A DNA stretch of 64,000 nucleotides from Eledone cirrhosa (GCA_964016885.1 OZ024744.1:8308001-8372000), one strand, 5' to 3'. Positions 26,301 to 41,300 are shown, counted from the first letter of the stretch. Translations and numbers: made by a program. The notes: generated from the sequence alone by a model not told the origin.

Positions 26301-29300
26301 TGCCGCTGTTGTTGTTGTTGTAGACATTGGTGCCGCTGTTGTTGTTGTTGTAGACATTGGTGCCGCTGTTGTTGCTGTTGTTGTAGACATTGGTGCCGCT
26401 GTTGTTGTTGTTGTAGATATTGGTGCCGCTGTTGTTGTTGTTGTTGTAGACATTGGTGCCGCTGTTGTTGTTGTTGTTGTAGACATTGGTGCCGCTGTTG
26501 TTGTTGTTGTTGTAGACATTGGTGCCGCTGTTGTTGTTGTTGTAGACATTGGTGCCGGTGTTGTTGCTGTTGTAGACATTGGTGCCGGTGTTGTTGTTGT
26601 TGTAGACATTGGTGCCGCTGTTGTTGTTGTTGTAGACATTGGTGCCGCTGTTGTTGTTGTTGTAGACATTGGTGCCGGTGTTGTTGTTGTTGTAGACATT
26701 GGTGCCGCTGTTGTTGTTGTTGTAGACATTGGTGCCGCTGTTGTTGTTGTTGTAGACATTGGTGCCGGTGTTGTTGTTGTTGTAGACATTGGTGCCGCTG
26801 TTGTTGTTGTTGTAGACATTGGTGCCGCTGTTGTTGTTGTTGTAGACATTGGTGCCGCTGTTGTTGTTGTTGTAGACATTGGTGCCGCTGTTGTTGTTGT
26901 TGTAGACATTGGTGCCGCTGTTGTTGTTGTTGTTGTTGTAGACATTGGTGCCGCTGTTGTTGTTGTAGACATTGGTGCCGCTGTTGTTGTTGTTGTAGAC
27001 ATTGGTGCCGCTGTTGTTGTTGTTGTTGTTGTAGACATTGGTGCCGCTGTTGTTGTTGTTGTTGTAGACATTGGTGCCGCTGTTGTTGTTGTAGACACTG
27101 GTGCCGCTGTTGTTGTTGTAGACGTTGGTGCCGCTGTTGTTGTTGTTGTAGACATTGGTGCCGCTGTTGTTGTTGTAGACACTGGTGCCGCTGTTGTTGT
27201 TGTAGACGTTGGTACCGTTGTTGTTGTTGTAGACATTGGTGCCGCTGTTGTTGTTGTTGTTGTAGACATTGGTGCCGCTGTTGTTGTTGTTGTTGTAGAC
27301 ATTGGTGCCGCTGTTGTTGTTGTTGTAGACATTGGTGCCGCTGTTGTTGTTGTTGTTGTTGTTGTAGACATTGGTGCCGCTGTTGTTGTTGTTGTTGTAG
27401 ACATTGGTGCCGCTGTTGTTGTTGTTGTAGACATTGGTGCCGCTGTTGTTGCTGTTGTTGTAGACATTGGTGCCGCTGTTGTTGTTGTAGACATTGGTGC
27501 CGGTGTTGTTGTTGTTGTTGTAGACACTGGTGCCGCTGTTGTTGTTGTTGTTGTAGACATTGGTGTCGCTGTTGTTGTTGTTGTTGTAGACATTGGTGCC
27601 GCTGTTGTTGTTGTTGTTGTAGACATTGGTGCCGCTGTTGTTGTTGTTGTAGACATTGGTGCCGCTGTTGTTGTTGTTGTAGACATTGGTGCCGCTGTTG
27701 TTGTTGTTGTTGTAGACATTGGTGCCGCTGTTGTTGTTGTTGTTGTAGACATTGGTGCCGCTGTTGTTGTTGTTGTAGACATTGGTGCCGCTGTTGTTGT
27801 TGTTGTTGTAGACATTGGTGCCGCTGTTGTTGTTGTTGTTGTAGACATTGGTGCCGCTGTTGTTGTTGTTGTAGACATTGGTGCCGCTGTTGTTGTTGTT
27901 GTTGTAGACATTGGTGCCGGTGTTGTTGTTGTTGTTGTAGACATTGGTGCCGCTGTTGTTGTTGTTGTAGACATTGGTGCCGCTGTTGTTGTTGTTGTAG
28001 ACATTGGTGCCGCTGTTGTTGTTGTTGTTGTAGACATTGGTGCCGCTGTTGTTGTTGTTGTAGACATTGGTGCCGCTGTTGTTGTTGTTGTAGACATTGG
28101 TGCCGCTGTTGTTGTTGTTGTTGTAGACATTGGTGCCGCTGTTGTTGTTGTTGTAGACATTGGTGCCGCTGTTGTTGTTGTTGTTGTAGACATTGGTGCC
28201 GCTGTTGTTGTTGTTGTAGACATTGGTGCCGCTGTTGTTGTTGTTGTAGACATTGGTGCCGCTGTTGTTGTTGTTGTTGTAGACATTGGTGCCGGTGTTG
28301 TTGTTGTTGTTGTAGACATTGGTGCCGCTGTTGTTGTTGTTGTAGACATTGGTGCCGGTGTTGTTGTTGTTGTTGTAGACATTGGTGCCGCTGTTGTTGT
28401 TGTTGTTGTAGACATTGGTGCCGCTGTTGTTGTTGTTGTTGTAGACATTGGTGCCGCTGTTGTTGTTGTTGTTGTTGTAGACATTGGTGCAGCTGTTGTT
28501 GTTGTTGTTGTAGACATTGGTGTCGCTGTTGTTGTTGTTGTAGACATTGGTGCCGGTGTTGTTGTTGTTGTTGTAGACATTGGTGCCGCTGTTGTTATTG
28601 TTGTTGTAGACATTGGTGCCGGTGTTGTTGTTGTTGTTGTAGACATTGGTGCCGCTGTTGTTGTTGTTGTAGACATTGGTGCCGCTGTTGTTGTTGTTGT
28701 TGTATACATTGGTGCCGCTGTTGTTGTTGTTGTTGTAGACATTGGTGCCGCTGTTGTTGTTGTTGTTGTTGTTGTAGACATTGGTGCCGCTGTTGTTGTT
28801 GTTGTTGTAGACATTGGTGCCGCTGTTGTTGTTGTTGTTGTAGACATTGGTGCCGGTGTTGTTGTTGTTGTTGTAGACATTGGTGCCGCTGTTGTTGTTG
28901 TTGTTGTAGACATTGGTGCCGCTGTTGTTGTTGTTGTTGTAGACATTGGTGCCGCTGTTGTTGTTGTTGTTGTAGACATTGGTGCCGCTGTTGTTGTTGT
29001 TGTTGTAGACATTGGTGCCGCTGTTGTTGTTGTTGTTGTAGACATTGGTGCCGCTGTTGTTGTTGTTGTTGTAGACATTGGTGCCGCTGTTGTTGTTGTT
29101 GTTGTAGACATTGGTGCCGGTGTTGTTGTTGTTGTTGTAGACATTGGTGCCGGTGTTGTTGTTGTTGTTGTAGACATTGGTGCCGGTGTTGTTGTTGTTG
29201 TTGTAGACATTGGTGCCGGTGTTGTTGTTGTTGTTGTAGACATTGGTGCCGCTGTTGTTGTTGTTGTTGTAGACATTGGTGCCGGTGTTGTTGTTGTTGT

Positions 29301-32300
29301 TGTAGACATTGGTGCCGGTGTTGTTGTTGTTGTTGTAGACATTGGTGCCGCTGTTGTTGTTGTTGTTGTAGACATTGGTGCCGGTGTTGTTGTTGTTGTT
29401 GTAGACATTGGTGCCGGTGTTGTTGTTGTTGTTGTAGACATTGGTGCCGCTGTTGTTGTTGTTGTTGTAGACATTGGTGCCGGTTGTTGTTGTTGTTGTT
29501 GTAGACATTGGTGCCGCTGTTGTTGCTGTTGTTGTAGACATTGGTGCCGGTGTTGTTGTTGTTGTTGTAGACATTGGTGCCGCTGTTGTTGCTGTTGTTG
29601 TAGACATTGGTGCCGGTGTTGTTGTTGTTGTTGTAGACATTGGTGCCGGTGTTGTTGTTGTTGTTGTAGACATTGGTGCCGCTGTTGTTGCTGTTGTTGT
29701 AGACATTGGTGCCAGTGTTGTTGTTGTTGTTGTAGACATTGGTGCCGCTGTTGTTGTTGTTGTTGTAGACATTGGTGCCGCTGTTGTTGTTGTTGTTGTA
29801 GACATTGGTGCCGCTGTTGTTGTTGTTGTTGTAGACATTGGTGCCGCTGTTGTTGTTGTTGTAGACATTGGTGCCGGTGTTGTTGTTGTTGTAGACATTG
29901 GTGCCGGTGTTGTTGTTGTTGTTGTTGTTGTAGACATTGGTGCCGCTGTTGTTGTTGTTGTAGACATTGGTGCCGGTGTTGTTGTTGTTGTTGTTGTAGA
30001 CATTGGTGCCGGTGTTGTTGTTGTTGTTGTTGTTGTAGACATTGGTGCCGCTGTTGTTGTTGTTGTAGACATTGGTGCCGCTGTTGTTGTTGTTGTTGTA
30101 GATATTGGTGCCGGAGTTGTTGTTGTTGTTGTAGACATTCGTGCCGCTGTTGTTGTTGTTGTAGACATTGGTGCCGCTGTTGTTGTTGTTGTAGACATTG
30201 GTGCCACTGTTGTTGTTGTTGTAGACATTGGTGCCGGTGTTGTTGTTGTAGACATTGGTGCCGCTGTTGTTGTTGTTGTAGACATTGGTGCCACTGTTGT
30301 TGTTGTTGTAGATATTGGTGCCGGTGTTGTTGTTGTTGTAGACATTGGTGCCGCTGTTGTTGTTGTTGTTGTAGACATTGGTGCCGCTGTTATTGTTGTT
30401 GTTGTTGTAGACATTGGTGCCGCTGATGTTGTTGTTGTAGACATTGGTGCCGGTGTTGTTGTTGTTGTAGACATTGGTGCCGCTGTTGTTGTTGTTGTAG
30501 ACATTGGTGCCGCTGTTGTTGTTGTTGTAAACATTGGTGCCGCTGTTGTTGTTGTTGTAGATATTGGTGCCGGTGTTGTTGTTGTTGTAGACATTGGTGC
30601 CGCTGTTGTTGTTGTTGTAGACATTGGTGCCGCTGATGTTGTTGTTGTAGACATTGGTGCCGGTGTTGTTGTTGTTGTAGACATTGGTGCCGCTGTTGTT
30701 GTTGTTGTAGACATTGGTGCCGGTGTTGTTGTTGTTGTAGACATTGGTGCCGCTGATGTTGTTGTTGTAGACATTGGTGCCGGTGTTGTTGTTGTTGTTG
30801 TAGACATTGGTGCCGCTGATGTTGTTGTTGTAGACATTGGTGCCGGTGTTGTTGTTGTTGTAGACATTGGTGCCGCTGTTGTTGTTGTTGTAGACATTGG
30901 TGCCGCTGTTGTTGTTGTTGTAGATATTGGTGCCGGTGTTGTTGTTGTTGTAGACATTGGTGCCGCTGATGTTGTTGTTGTAGACATTGGTGCCGGTGTT
31001 GTTGTTGTTGTAGACATTGGTGCCGCTGTTGTTGTTGTTGTAGACATTGGTGCCGCTGTTGTTGTTGTTGTAGATATTGGTGCCGGTGTTGTTGTTGTTG
31101 TAGACATTGGTGCCGCTGTTGTTGTTGTTGTAGACATTGGTGCCGCTGATGTTGTTGTTGTAGACATTGGTGCCGGTGTTGTTGTTGTTGTAGACATTGG
31201 TGCCGCTGTTGTTGTTGTTGTAGACATTGGTGCCGCTGATGTTGTTGTTGTAGACATTGGTGCCGCTGATGTTGTTGTTGTAGACATTGGTGCCGCTGTT
31301 GTTGTTGTTGTAGACATTGGTGCCGGTGTTGTTGTTGTAGACATTGGTGCCGCTGTTGTTGTTGTTGTAGACATTGGTGCCGCTGTTGTTGTTGTTGTAG
31401 ATATTGGTGCCGGTGTTGTTGTTGTTGTAGACATTGGTGCCGCTGATGTTGTTGTTGTAGACATTGGTGCCGGTGTTGTTGTTGTTGTAGACATTGGTGC
31501 CGCTGATGTTGTTGTTGTAGACATTGGTGCCGGTGTTGTTGTTGTTGTAGACATTGGTGCCTGTGTTGTTGTTGTTGTAGACATTGGTGCCGCTGTTGTT
31601 GTTGTTGTAGACATTGGTGCCGCTGTTGTTGTTGTTGTAGACATTGGTGCCACTGTTGTTGTTGTTGTAGACATTGGTGCCGCTGTTGTTGTTGTTGTTG
31701 TAGACATTGGTGCCTGTGTTGTTGTTGTTGTAGACATTGGTGCCGCTGTTGTTGTTGTTGTAGACGTTGGTGCCGCTGTTGTTGTTGTTGTTGTAGACAT
31801 TGGTGCCGCTGTTGTTGCTGTTGTTGTAGACATTGGTGCCGGTGTTGTTGTTGTTGTAGACATTTGTGCAGCTGTTGTTGTTGTTGTAGACATTGGTGCC
31901 GCTGTTGTTGTTGTTGTAGACGTTGGTGCCGCTGTTGTTGTTGTTGTAGACATTGGTGCCGCTGTTGTTGTTGTTGTTGTAGACATTGGTGCCGCTGTTG
32001 TTGTTGTTGTAGACATTGGTGCCGCTATTGTTGTTGTTGTTGTAGACATTGGTGCCGCTGTTGTTGTTGTTGTAGACATTGGTGCCGCTGTTGTTGTTGT
32101 TGTTGTAGACATTGGTGCCGCTGTTGTTGTTGTTGTTGTAGACATTGGTGCCGGTGTTGTTGTTGTTGTTGTAGACATTGGTGCCGCTGTTGTTGTTGTT
32201 GTAGACATTGGTGCCGGTGTTGTTGTTGTTGTAGACATTGGTGCCGCTGTTGTTGTTGTTGTTGTAGACATTGGTGCCGCTGTTGTTGTTGTTGTTGTAG

Positions 32301-35300
32301 ACATTGGTGCCTGTGTTGTTGTTGTTGTAGACATTGGTGCCTGTGTTGTTGTTGTTGTAGACATTGGTGCCGCTGTTGTTGTTGTTGTAGACATTGGTGC
32401 CGCTGTTGTTGTTGTTGTAGACATTGGTGCCGGTGTTGTTGTTGTTGTAGACATTGGTGCCGCTGTTGTTGTTGTTGTAGACATTGGTGCCGGTTTTGTT
32501 GTTGTTGTAGACATTGGTGCCGCTGTTGTTGTTGTTGTAGACATTGGTGCCCGTGTTGTTGTTGTAGACATTGGTGCCGCTGTTGTTGTTGTTGTTGTAG
32601 ACATTAGTGCCGCTGTTGTTGTTGTTGTAGACATTGGTGCCGGTGTTGTTGTTGTAGACATTGGTGCCGCTGTTGTTGTTGTTGTAGACATTGGTGCCGC
32701 TGTTGTTGTTGTTGTAGACATTGGTGCCGCTGTTGTTGTTGTTGTAGACATTGGTGCCGGTGTTGTTGTTGTTGTAGACATTGGTGCCGCTGTTGTTGTT
32801 GTTGTAGACATTGGTGCCGCTGTTGTTGTTGTTGTTGTAGACATTGGTGCCGGTGTTGTTGTTGTTGTAGACATTGGTGCCGCTGTTGTTGTTGTTGTAG
32901 ACATTGGTGCCGCTGTTGTTGTTGTTGTAGACATTGGTGCCGCTGTTGTTGTTGTTGTAGACATTGGTGCCGCTGTTGTTGTTGTTGTAGACATTGGTGC
33001 CGCTGTTGTTGTTGTTGTTGTAGACATTGGTGCCGGTGTTGTTGTTGTTGTAGACATTGGTGCCGCTGTTGTTGTTGTAGACACTGGTGCCGCTGTTGTT
33101 GCTGTTGTTGTAGACATTGGTGCCGCTGTTGTTGTTGTTGTAGACATTGGTGCCGCTGTTGTTGTTGTAGACATTGGTGCCGTTGTTGTTGTTGTTGTTG
33201 TAGACATTGGTGCCGCTGTTGTTGTTGTTGTTGTAGACATTGGTGCCGCTGTTGTTGTTGTTGTAGACATTGGTGCCGCTGTTGTTGTTGTTGTAGACAT
33301 TGGTGCCGGTGTTGTTGTTGTTGTAGACATTGGTGCCGCTGTTGTTGTTGTAGACATTGGTGCCGCTGTTGTTGTTGTTGTAGAAATTGGTGCCGGTGTT
33401 GTTGTTGTTGTTGTAGACATTGGTGCCGCTGTTGTTGTTGTTGTAGACGTTGGTGCCGCTGTTGTTGTTGTTGTTGTAGACATTGGTGCCGCTGTTGTTG
33501 CTGTTGTTGTAGACATTGGTGCCGGTGTTGTTGTTGTTGTAGACATTGGTGCCGCTGTTGTTGTTGTTGTAGACATTGGTGCCGGTGTTGTTGTTGTTGT
33601 AGACATTGGTGCCGCTGATGTTGTTGTTGTAGACATTGGTGCCGGTGTTGTTGTTGTTGTTGTAGACATTGGTGCCGCTGATGTTGTTGTTGTAGACATT
33701 GGTGCCGGTGTTGTTGTTGTTGTAGACATTGGTGCCGCTGTTGTTGTTGTTGTAGACATTGGTGCCGCTGTTGTTGTTGTTGTAGATATTGGTGCCGGTG
33801 TTGTTGTTGTTGTAGACATTGGTGCCGCTGATGTTGTTGTTGTAGACATTGGTGCCGGTGTTGTTGTTGTTGTAGACATTGGTGCCGCTGTTGTTGTTGT
33901 TGTAGACATTGGTGCCGCTGTTGTTGTTGTTGTAGATATTGGTGCCGGTGTTGTTGTTGTTGTAGACATTGGTGCCGCTGTTGTTGTTGTTGTAGACATT
34001 GGTGCCGCTGATGTTGTTGTTGTAGACATTGGTGCCGGTGTTGTTGTTGTTGTAGACATTGGTGCCGCTGTTGTTGTTGTTGTAGACATTGGTGCCGCTG
34101 ATGTTGTTGTTGTAGACATTGGTGCCGCTGATGTTGTTGTTGTAGACATTGGTGCCGCTGTTGTTGTTGTTGTAGACATTGGTGCCGGTGTTGTTGTTGT
34201 AGACATTGGTGCCGCTGATGTTGTTGTTGTAGACATTGGTGCCGGTGTTGTTGTTGTTGTAGACATTGGTGCCTGTGTTGTTGTTGTTGTAGACATTGGT
34301 GCCGCTGTTGTTGTTGTTGTAGACATTGGTGCCGCTGTTGTTGTTGTTGTAGACATTGGTGCCACTGTTGTTGTTGTTGTAGACATTGGTGCCGCTGTTG
34401 TTGTTGTTGTTGTAGACATTGGTGCCTGTGTTGTTGTTGTTGTACACATTGGTGCCGCTGTTGTTGTTGTTGTAGACGTTGGTGCCGCTGTTGTTGTTGT
34501 TGTTGTAGACATTGGTGCCGCTGTTGTTGCTGTTGTTGTAGACATTGGTGCCGGTGTTGTTGTTGTTGTAGACATTGGTGCAGCTGTTGTTGTTGTTGTA
34601 GACATTGGTGCCGCTGTTGTTGTTGTTGTAGACGTTGGTGCCGCTGTTGTTGTTGTTGTAGACATTGGTGCCGCTGTTGTTGTTGTTGTTGTTGTAGACA
34701 TTGGTGCCGCTGTTGTTGTTGTTGTAGACATTGGTGCCGCTATTGTTGTTGTTGTTGTAGACATTGGTGCCGCTGTTGTTGTTGTTGTAGACATTGGTGC
34801 CGCTGTTGTTGTTGTTGTTGTAGACATTGGTGCCGCTGTTGTTGTTGTTGTTGTAGACATTGGTGCCGGTGTTGTTGTTGTTGTTGTAGACATTGGTGCC
34901 GCTGTTGTTGTTGTTGTAGACATTGGTGCCGGTGTTGTTGTTGTTGTAGACATTGGTGCCGCTGTTGTTGTTGTTGTTGTAGACATTGGTGCCGCTGTTG
35001 TTGTTGTTGTTGTAGACATTGGTGCCTGTGTTGTTGTTGTTGTAGACATTGGTGCCTGTGTTGTTGTTGTTGTAGACATTGGTGCCGCTGTTGTTGTTGT
35101 TGTAGACATTGGTGCCGCTGTTGTTGTTGTTGTAGACATTGGTGCCGGTGTTGTTGTTGTTGTAGACATTGGTGCCGCTGTTGTTGTTGTTGTAGACATT
35201 GGTGCCGGTTTTGTTGTTGTTGTAGACATTGGTGCCGCTGTTGTTGTTGTTGTAGACATTGGTGCCCGTGTTGTTGTTGTAGACATTGGTGCCGCTGTTG

Positions 35301-38300
35301 TTGTTGTTGTTGTAGACATTAGTGCCGCTGTTGTTGTTGTTGTAGACATTGGTGCCGGTGTTGTTGTTGTAGACATTGGTGCCGCTGTTGTTGTTGTTGT
35401 AGACATTGGTGCCGCTGTTGTTGTTGTTGTAGACATTGGTGCCGCTGTTGTTGTTGTTGTAGACATTGGTGCCGGTGTTGTTGTTGTTGTAGACATTGGT
35501 GCCGCTGTTGTTGTTGTTGTAGACATTGGTGCCGCTGTTGTTGTTGTTGTTGTAGACATTGGTGCCGGTGTTGTTGTTGTTGTAGACATTGGTGCCGCTG
35601 TTGTTGTTGTTGTAGACATTGGTGCCGCTGTTGTTGTTGTTGTAGACATTGGTGCCGCTGTTGTTGTTGTTGTAGACATTGGTGCCGCTGTTGTTGTTGT
35701 TGTAGACATTGGTGCCGCTGTTGTTGTTGTTGTTGTAGACATTGGTGCCGGTGTTGTTGTTGTTGTAGACATTGGTGCCGCTGTTGTTGTTGTAGACACT
35801 GGTGCCGCTGTTGTTGCTGTTGTTGTAGACATTGGTGCCGCTGTTGTTGTTGTTGTAGACATTGGTGCCGCTGTTGTTGTTGTAGACATTGGTGCCGTTG
35901 TTGTTGTTGTTGTTGTAGACATTGGTGCCGCTGTTGTTGTTGTTGTTGTAGACATTGGTGCCGCTGTTGTTGTTGTTGTAGACATTGGTGCCGCTGTTGT
36001 TGTTGTTGTAGACATTGGTGCCGGTGTTGTTGTTGTTGTAGACATTGGTGCCGCTGTTGTTGTTGTTGTAGACATTGGTGCCGCTGTTGTTGTTGTTGTA
36101 GAAATTGGTGCCGGTGTTGTTGTTGTTGTTGTAGACATTGGTGCCGCTGTTGTTGTTGTTGTAGACGTTGGTGCCGCTGTTGTTGTTGTTGTTGTAGACA
36201 TTGGTGCCGCTGTTGTTGCTGTTGTTGTAGACATTGGTGCCGGTGTTGTTGTTGTTGTAGACATTGGTGCCGCTGTTGTTGTTGTTGTAGACATTGGTGC
36301 CGCTGTTGTTGTTGTTGTAGACGTTGGTGCCGCTGTTGTTGTTGTTGTAGACATTGGTGCCGCTGTTGTTGTTGTTGTTGTAGACATTGGTGCCGCTGTT
36401 GTTGTTGTTGTTGTAGACATTGGTGCCGCTGTTGTTGTTGTTGTTGTAGACATTGGTGCCGCTGTTGTTGTTGTTGTTGTAGACATTGGTGCCGCTGTTG
36501 TTGTTGTTGTAGACATTGGTGCCGGTGTTGTTGTTGTTGTTGTAGACATTGGTGCCGCTGTTGTTGTTGTTGTTGTTGTTGTAGACATTGGTGCCGCTGT
36601 TGTTGTTGTTGTTGTAGACATTGCTGCCGCTGTTGTTGTTGTTGTTGTAGACATTGGTGCCGCTGTTGTTGTTGTTGTTGTAGACATTGGTGCCGCTGTT
36701 GTTGTTGTTGTAGACATTGGTGCCGCTGTTGTTGTTGTTGTTGTAGACATTGGTGCCGCTGTTATTGTTGTTGTAGACATTGGTGCCGGTGTTGCTGTTG
36801 TTGTTGTAGACATTGGTGCCGCTGTTGTTGTTGTTGTAGACATTGGTGCCGCTGTTGTTGTTGTTGTTGTAGACATTGGTGCCGCTGTTGTTGTTGTTGT
36901 TGTAGACATTGGTGCCGCTGTTGTTGTTGTTGTTGTTGTTGTAGACATTGGTGCCGCTGTTGTTGTTGTTGTTGTAGACATTGGTGCCGCTGTTGTTGTT
37001 GTTGTTGTAGACATTGGTGCCGCTGTTGTTGTTGTTGTAGACATTGGTGCCGCTGTTGTTGCTGTTGTTGTAGACATTGGTGCCGCTGTTGTTGTTGTTG
37101 TAGACATTGGTGCCGTTGTTGTTGTTGTTGTTGTAGACACTGGTGCCGCTGTTGTTGTTGTTGTAGACATTGGTGCCGCTGTTGTTGTTGTTGTTGTAGA
37201 CATTGGTGCCGGTGTTGTTGTTGTTGTTGTAGACATTGGTGCCGCTGTTGTTGTTGTTGTTGTAGACATTGGTGCCGCTGTTGTTGTTGTTGTTGTAGAC
37301 ATTGGTGCCGCTGTTGTTGTTGTTGTAGACATTGGTGCCGCTGTTGTTGTTGTTGTTGTAGACATTGGTGCCGCTGTTGTTGTTGTTGTAGACATTGGTG
37401 CCGGTGTTGTTGTTGTTGTAGACATTGGTGCCGGTGTTGTTGTTGTTGTTGTTGTAGACATTGGTGCCGCTGTTGTTGTTGTTGTAGACATTGGTGCCGG
37501 TGTTGTTGTTGTTGTTGTTGTTGTAGACATTGGTGCCGGTGTTGTTGTTGTTGTTGTTGTTGTAGACATTGGTGCCGCTGTTGTTGTTGTTGTAGACATT
37601 GGTGCCGCTGTTGTTGTTGTTGTTGTAGATATTGGTGCCGGAGTTGTTGTTGTTGTTGTAGACATTCGTGCCGCTGTTGTTGTTGTTGTAGACATTGGTG
37701 CCGCTGTTGTTGTTGTTGTAGACATTGGTGCCACTGTTGTTGTTGTTGTAGACATTGGTGCCGCTGTTGTTGTTGTTGTAGACATTGGTGCCGGTGATGT
37801 TGTTGTAGACATTGGTGCCGCTGTTGTTGTTGTTGTAGACATTGGTGCCGCTGTTGTTGTTGTTGTAGATATTGGTGCCGGTGTTGTTGTTGTTGTAGAC
37901 ATTGGTGCCGCTGATGTTGTTGTTGTAGACATTGGTGCCGGTGTTGTTGTTGTTGTAGACATTGGTGCCTGTGTTGTTGTTGTTGTAGACATTGGTGCCT
38001 GTGTTGTTGTTGTTGTAGACATTGGTGCCGCTGTTGTTGTTGTTGTAGACATTGGTGCCGCTGTTGTTGTTGTTGTAGACATTGGTGCCGGTGTTGTTGT
38101 TGTTGTAGACATTGGTGCCGCTGTTGTTGTTGTTGTTGTAGACATTGGTGCCGCTGTTGTTGTTGTTGTAGACATTGGTGCCGCTGTTGTTGTTGTTGTT
38201 GTAGACATTGGTGCCTGTGTTGTTGTTGTTGTAGACATTGGTGCCTGTGTTGTTGTTGTTGTAGACATTGGTGCCGCTGTTGTTGTTGTTGTAGACATTG

Positions 38301-41300
38301 GTGCCGCTGTTGTTGTTGTTGTTGTAGACATTGGTGCCGCTGTTGTTGTTGTTGTAGACATTGGTGCCGGTGTTGTTGTTGTTGTAGACATTGGTGCCGC
38401 TGTTGTTGTTGTTGTAGACATTGGTGCCCGTGTTGTTGTTGTAGACATTGGTGCCGCTGTTGTTGTTGTTGTAGACATTGGTACCGCTGTTGTTGTTGTT
38501 GTTGTAGACATTAGTGCCGCTGTTGTTGTTGTTGTAGACATTGGTGCCGGTGTTGTTGTTGTAGACATTGGTGCCGCTGTTGTTGTTGTTGTAGACATTG
38601 GTGCCGCTGTTGTTGTTGTTGTAGACATTGGTGCCGCTGTTGTTGTTGTTGTAGACATTGGTGCCGCTGTTGTTGTTGTTGTTGTAGACATTGGTGCCGG
38701 TGTTGTTGTTGTTGTAGACATTGGTGCCGCTGTTGTTGTTGTTGTAGACATTGGTGCCGCTGTTGTTGTTGTTGTAGACATTGGTGCCGCTGTTGTTGTT
38801 GTTGTAGACATTGGTGCCGCTGTTGTTGTTGTTGTAGACATTGGTGCCGCTGTTGTTGTTGTTGTTGTAGACATTGGTGCCGGTGTTGTTGTTGTTGTAG
38901 ACATTGGTGCCGCTGTTGTTGTTGTAGACACTGGTGCCGCTGTTGTTGCTGTTGTTGTAGACATTGGTGCCGCTGTTGTTGTTGTTGTAGACATTGGTGC
39001 CGGTGTTGTTGTTGTTGTTGTAGACATTGGTGCCGCTGTTGTTGTTGTTGTAGACATTGGTGCCGTTGCTGTTGTTGTTGTTGTAGACATTGGTGCCGCT
39101 GTTGTTGTTGTTGTTGTAGACATTGGTGCCGCTGTTGTTGTTGTTGTAGACATTGGTGCCGCTGTTGTTGTTGTTGTAGACATTGGTGCCGGTGTTGTTG
39201 TTGTTGTAGACATTGGTGCCGCTGTTGTTGTTGTTGTAGATATTGGTGCCGCTGTTGTTGTTGTTGTTGTAGACATTGGTGCCGCTGTTGTTGTTGTTGT
39301 TGTAGACATTGGTGCCGCTGTTGTTGTTGTTGTTGTAGACATTGGTGCCGCTGTTGTTGTTGTTGTAGACATTGGTGCCGGTGTTGTTGCTGTTGTAGAC
39401 ATTGGTGCCGCTGTTGTTGTTGTTGTAGACATTGGTGCCGCTGTTGTTGTTGTTGTAGACATTGGTGCCGCTGTTGTTGTTGTTGTAGACATTGGTGCCG
39501 CTGTTGTTGTTGTTGTAGACATTGGTGCCGGTGTTGTTGTTGTTGTAGACATTGGTGCCGCTGTTGTTGTTGTTGTAGACATTGGTGCCGGTGTTGTTGC
39601 TGTTGTAGACATTGGTGCCGCTGTTGTTGTTGTTGTAGACATTGGTGCCGCTGTTGTTGTTGTTGTAGACATTGGTGCCGCTGTTGTTGTAGACATTGGT
39701 GCCGCTGTTGTTGTTGTTGTAGATATTGGTGCCGCTGTTGTTGTTGTTGTTGTAGACATTGGTGCCGCTGTTGTTGTTGTTGTTGTAGACATTGGTGCCG
39801 CTGTTGTTGTTGTTGTTGTAGACATTGGTGCCGCTGTTGTTGTTGTTGTAGACATTGGTGCCGGTGTTGTTGCTGTTGTAGACATTGGTGCCGCTGTTGT
39901 TGTTGTTGTAGACATTGGTGCCGCTGTTGTTGTAGACATTGGTGCCGCTGTTGTTGTTGTTGTAGATATTGGTGCCGCTGTTGTTGTTGTTGTTGTAGAC
40001 ATTGGTGCCGCTGTTGTTGTTGTTGTTGTAGACATTGGTGCCGCTGTTGTTGTTGTTGTTGTAGACATTGGTGCCGCTGTTGTTGTTGTTGTAGACATTG
40101 GTGCCGCTGTTGTTGTTGTTGTTGTAGACATTGGTGCCGCTGTTGTTGTTGTTGTTGTAGACATTGGTGCCGCTGTTGTTGTTGTTGTAGACATTGGTGC
40201 CGCTGTTGTTGTTGTTGTAGACATTGGTGCCGGTGTTGTTGTTGTTGTAGACATTGGTGCCGCTGTTGTTGTTGTTGTAGACATTGGTGCCGCTGTTGTT
40301 GTTGTTGTAGACATTGGTGCCGGTGTTGTTGTTGTTGTAGACATTGGTGCCGCTGTTGTTGTTGTTGTAGACATTGGTGCCGCTGTTGTTGTTGTTGTAG
40401 ACATTGGTGCCGCTGTTGTTGTTGTTGTAGACATTGGTGCCGCTGTTGTTGTTGTTGTAGACATTGGTGCCGCTGTTGTTGTTGTTGTTGTAGACATTGG
40501 TGCCGCTGATGTTGTTGTTGTAGACATTGGTGCCGGTGTTGTTGTTGTTGTAGACATTGGTGCCGCTGTTGTTGTTGTTGTAGACATTGGTGCCGCTGTT
40601 GTTGTTGTTGTAGATATTGGTGCCGGTGTTGTTGTTGTTGTAGACATTGGTGCCGCTGATGTTGTTGTTGTAGACATTGGTGCCGGTGTTGTTGTTGTTG
40701 TAGACATTGGTGCCGCTGTTGTTGTTGTTGTAGACATTGGTGCCGCTGTTGTTGTTGTTGTAGATATTGGTGCCGGTGTTGTTGTTGTTGTAGACATTGG
40801 TGCCGCTGTTGTTGTTGTTGTAGACATTGGTGCCGCTGATGTTGTTGTTGTAGACATTGGTGCCGGTGTTGTTGTTGTTGTAGACATTGGTGCCGCTGTT
40901 GTTGTTGTTGTAGACATTGGTGCCGCTGATGTTGTTGTTGTAGACATTGGTGCCGCTGATGTTGTTGTTGTAGACATTGGTGCCGCTGTTGTTGTTGTTG
41001 TAGACATTGGTGCCGGTGTTGTTGTTGTAGACATTGGTGCCGCTGATGTTGTTGTTGTAGACATTGGTGCCGGTGTTGTTGTTGTTGTAGACATTGGTGC
41101 CTGTGTTGTTGTTGTTGTAGACATTGGTGCCGCTGTTGTTGTTGTTGTAGACATTGGTGCCGCTGTTGTTGTTGTTGTAGACATTGGTGCCACTGTTGTT
41201 GTTGTTGTAGACATTGGTGCCGCTGTTGTTGTTGTTGTTGTAGACATTGGTGCCTGTGTTGTTGTTGTTGTAGACATTGGTGCCGCTGTTGTTGTTGTTG

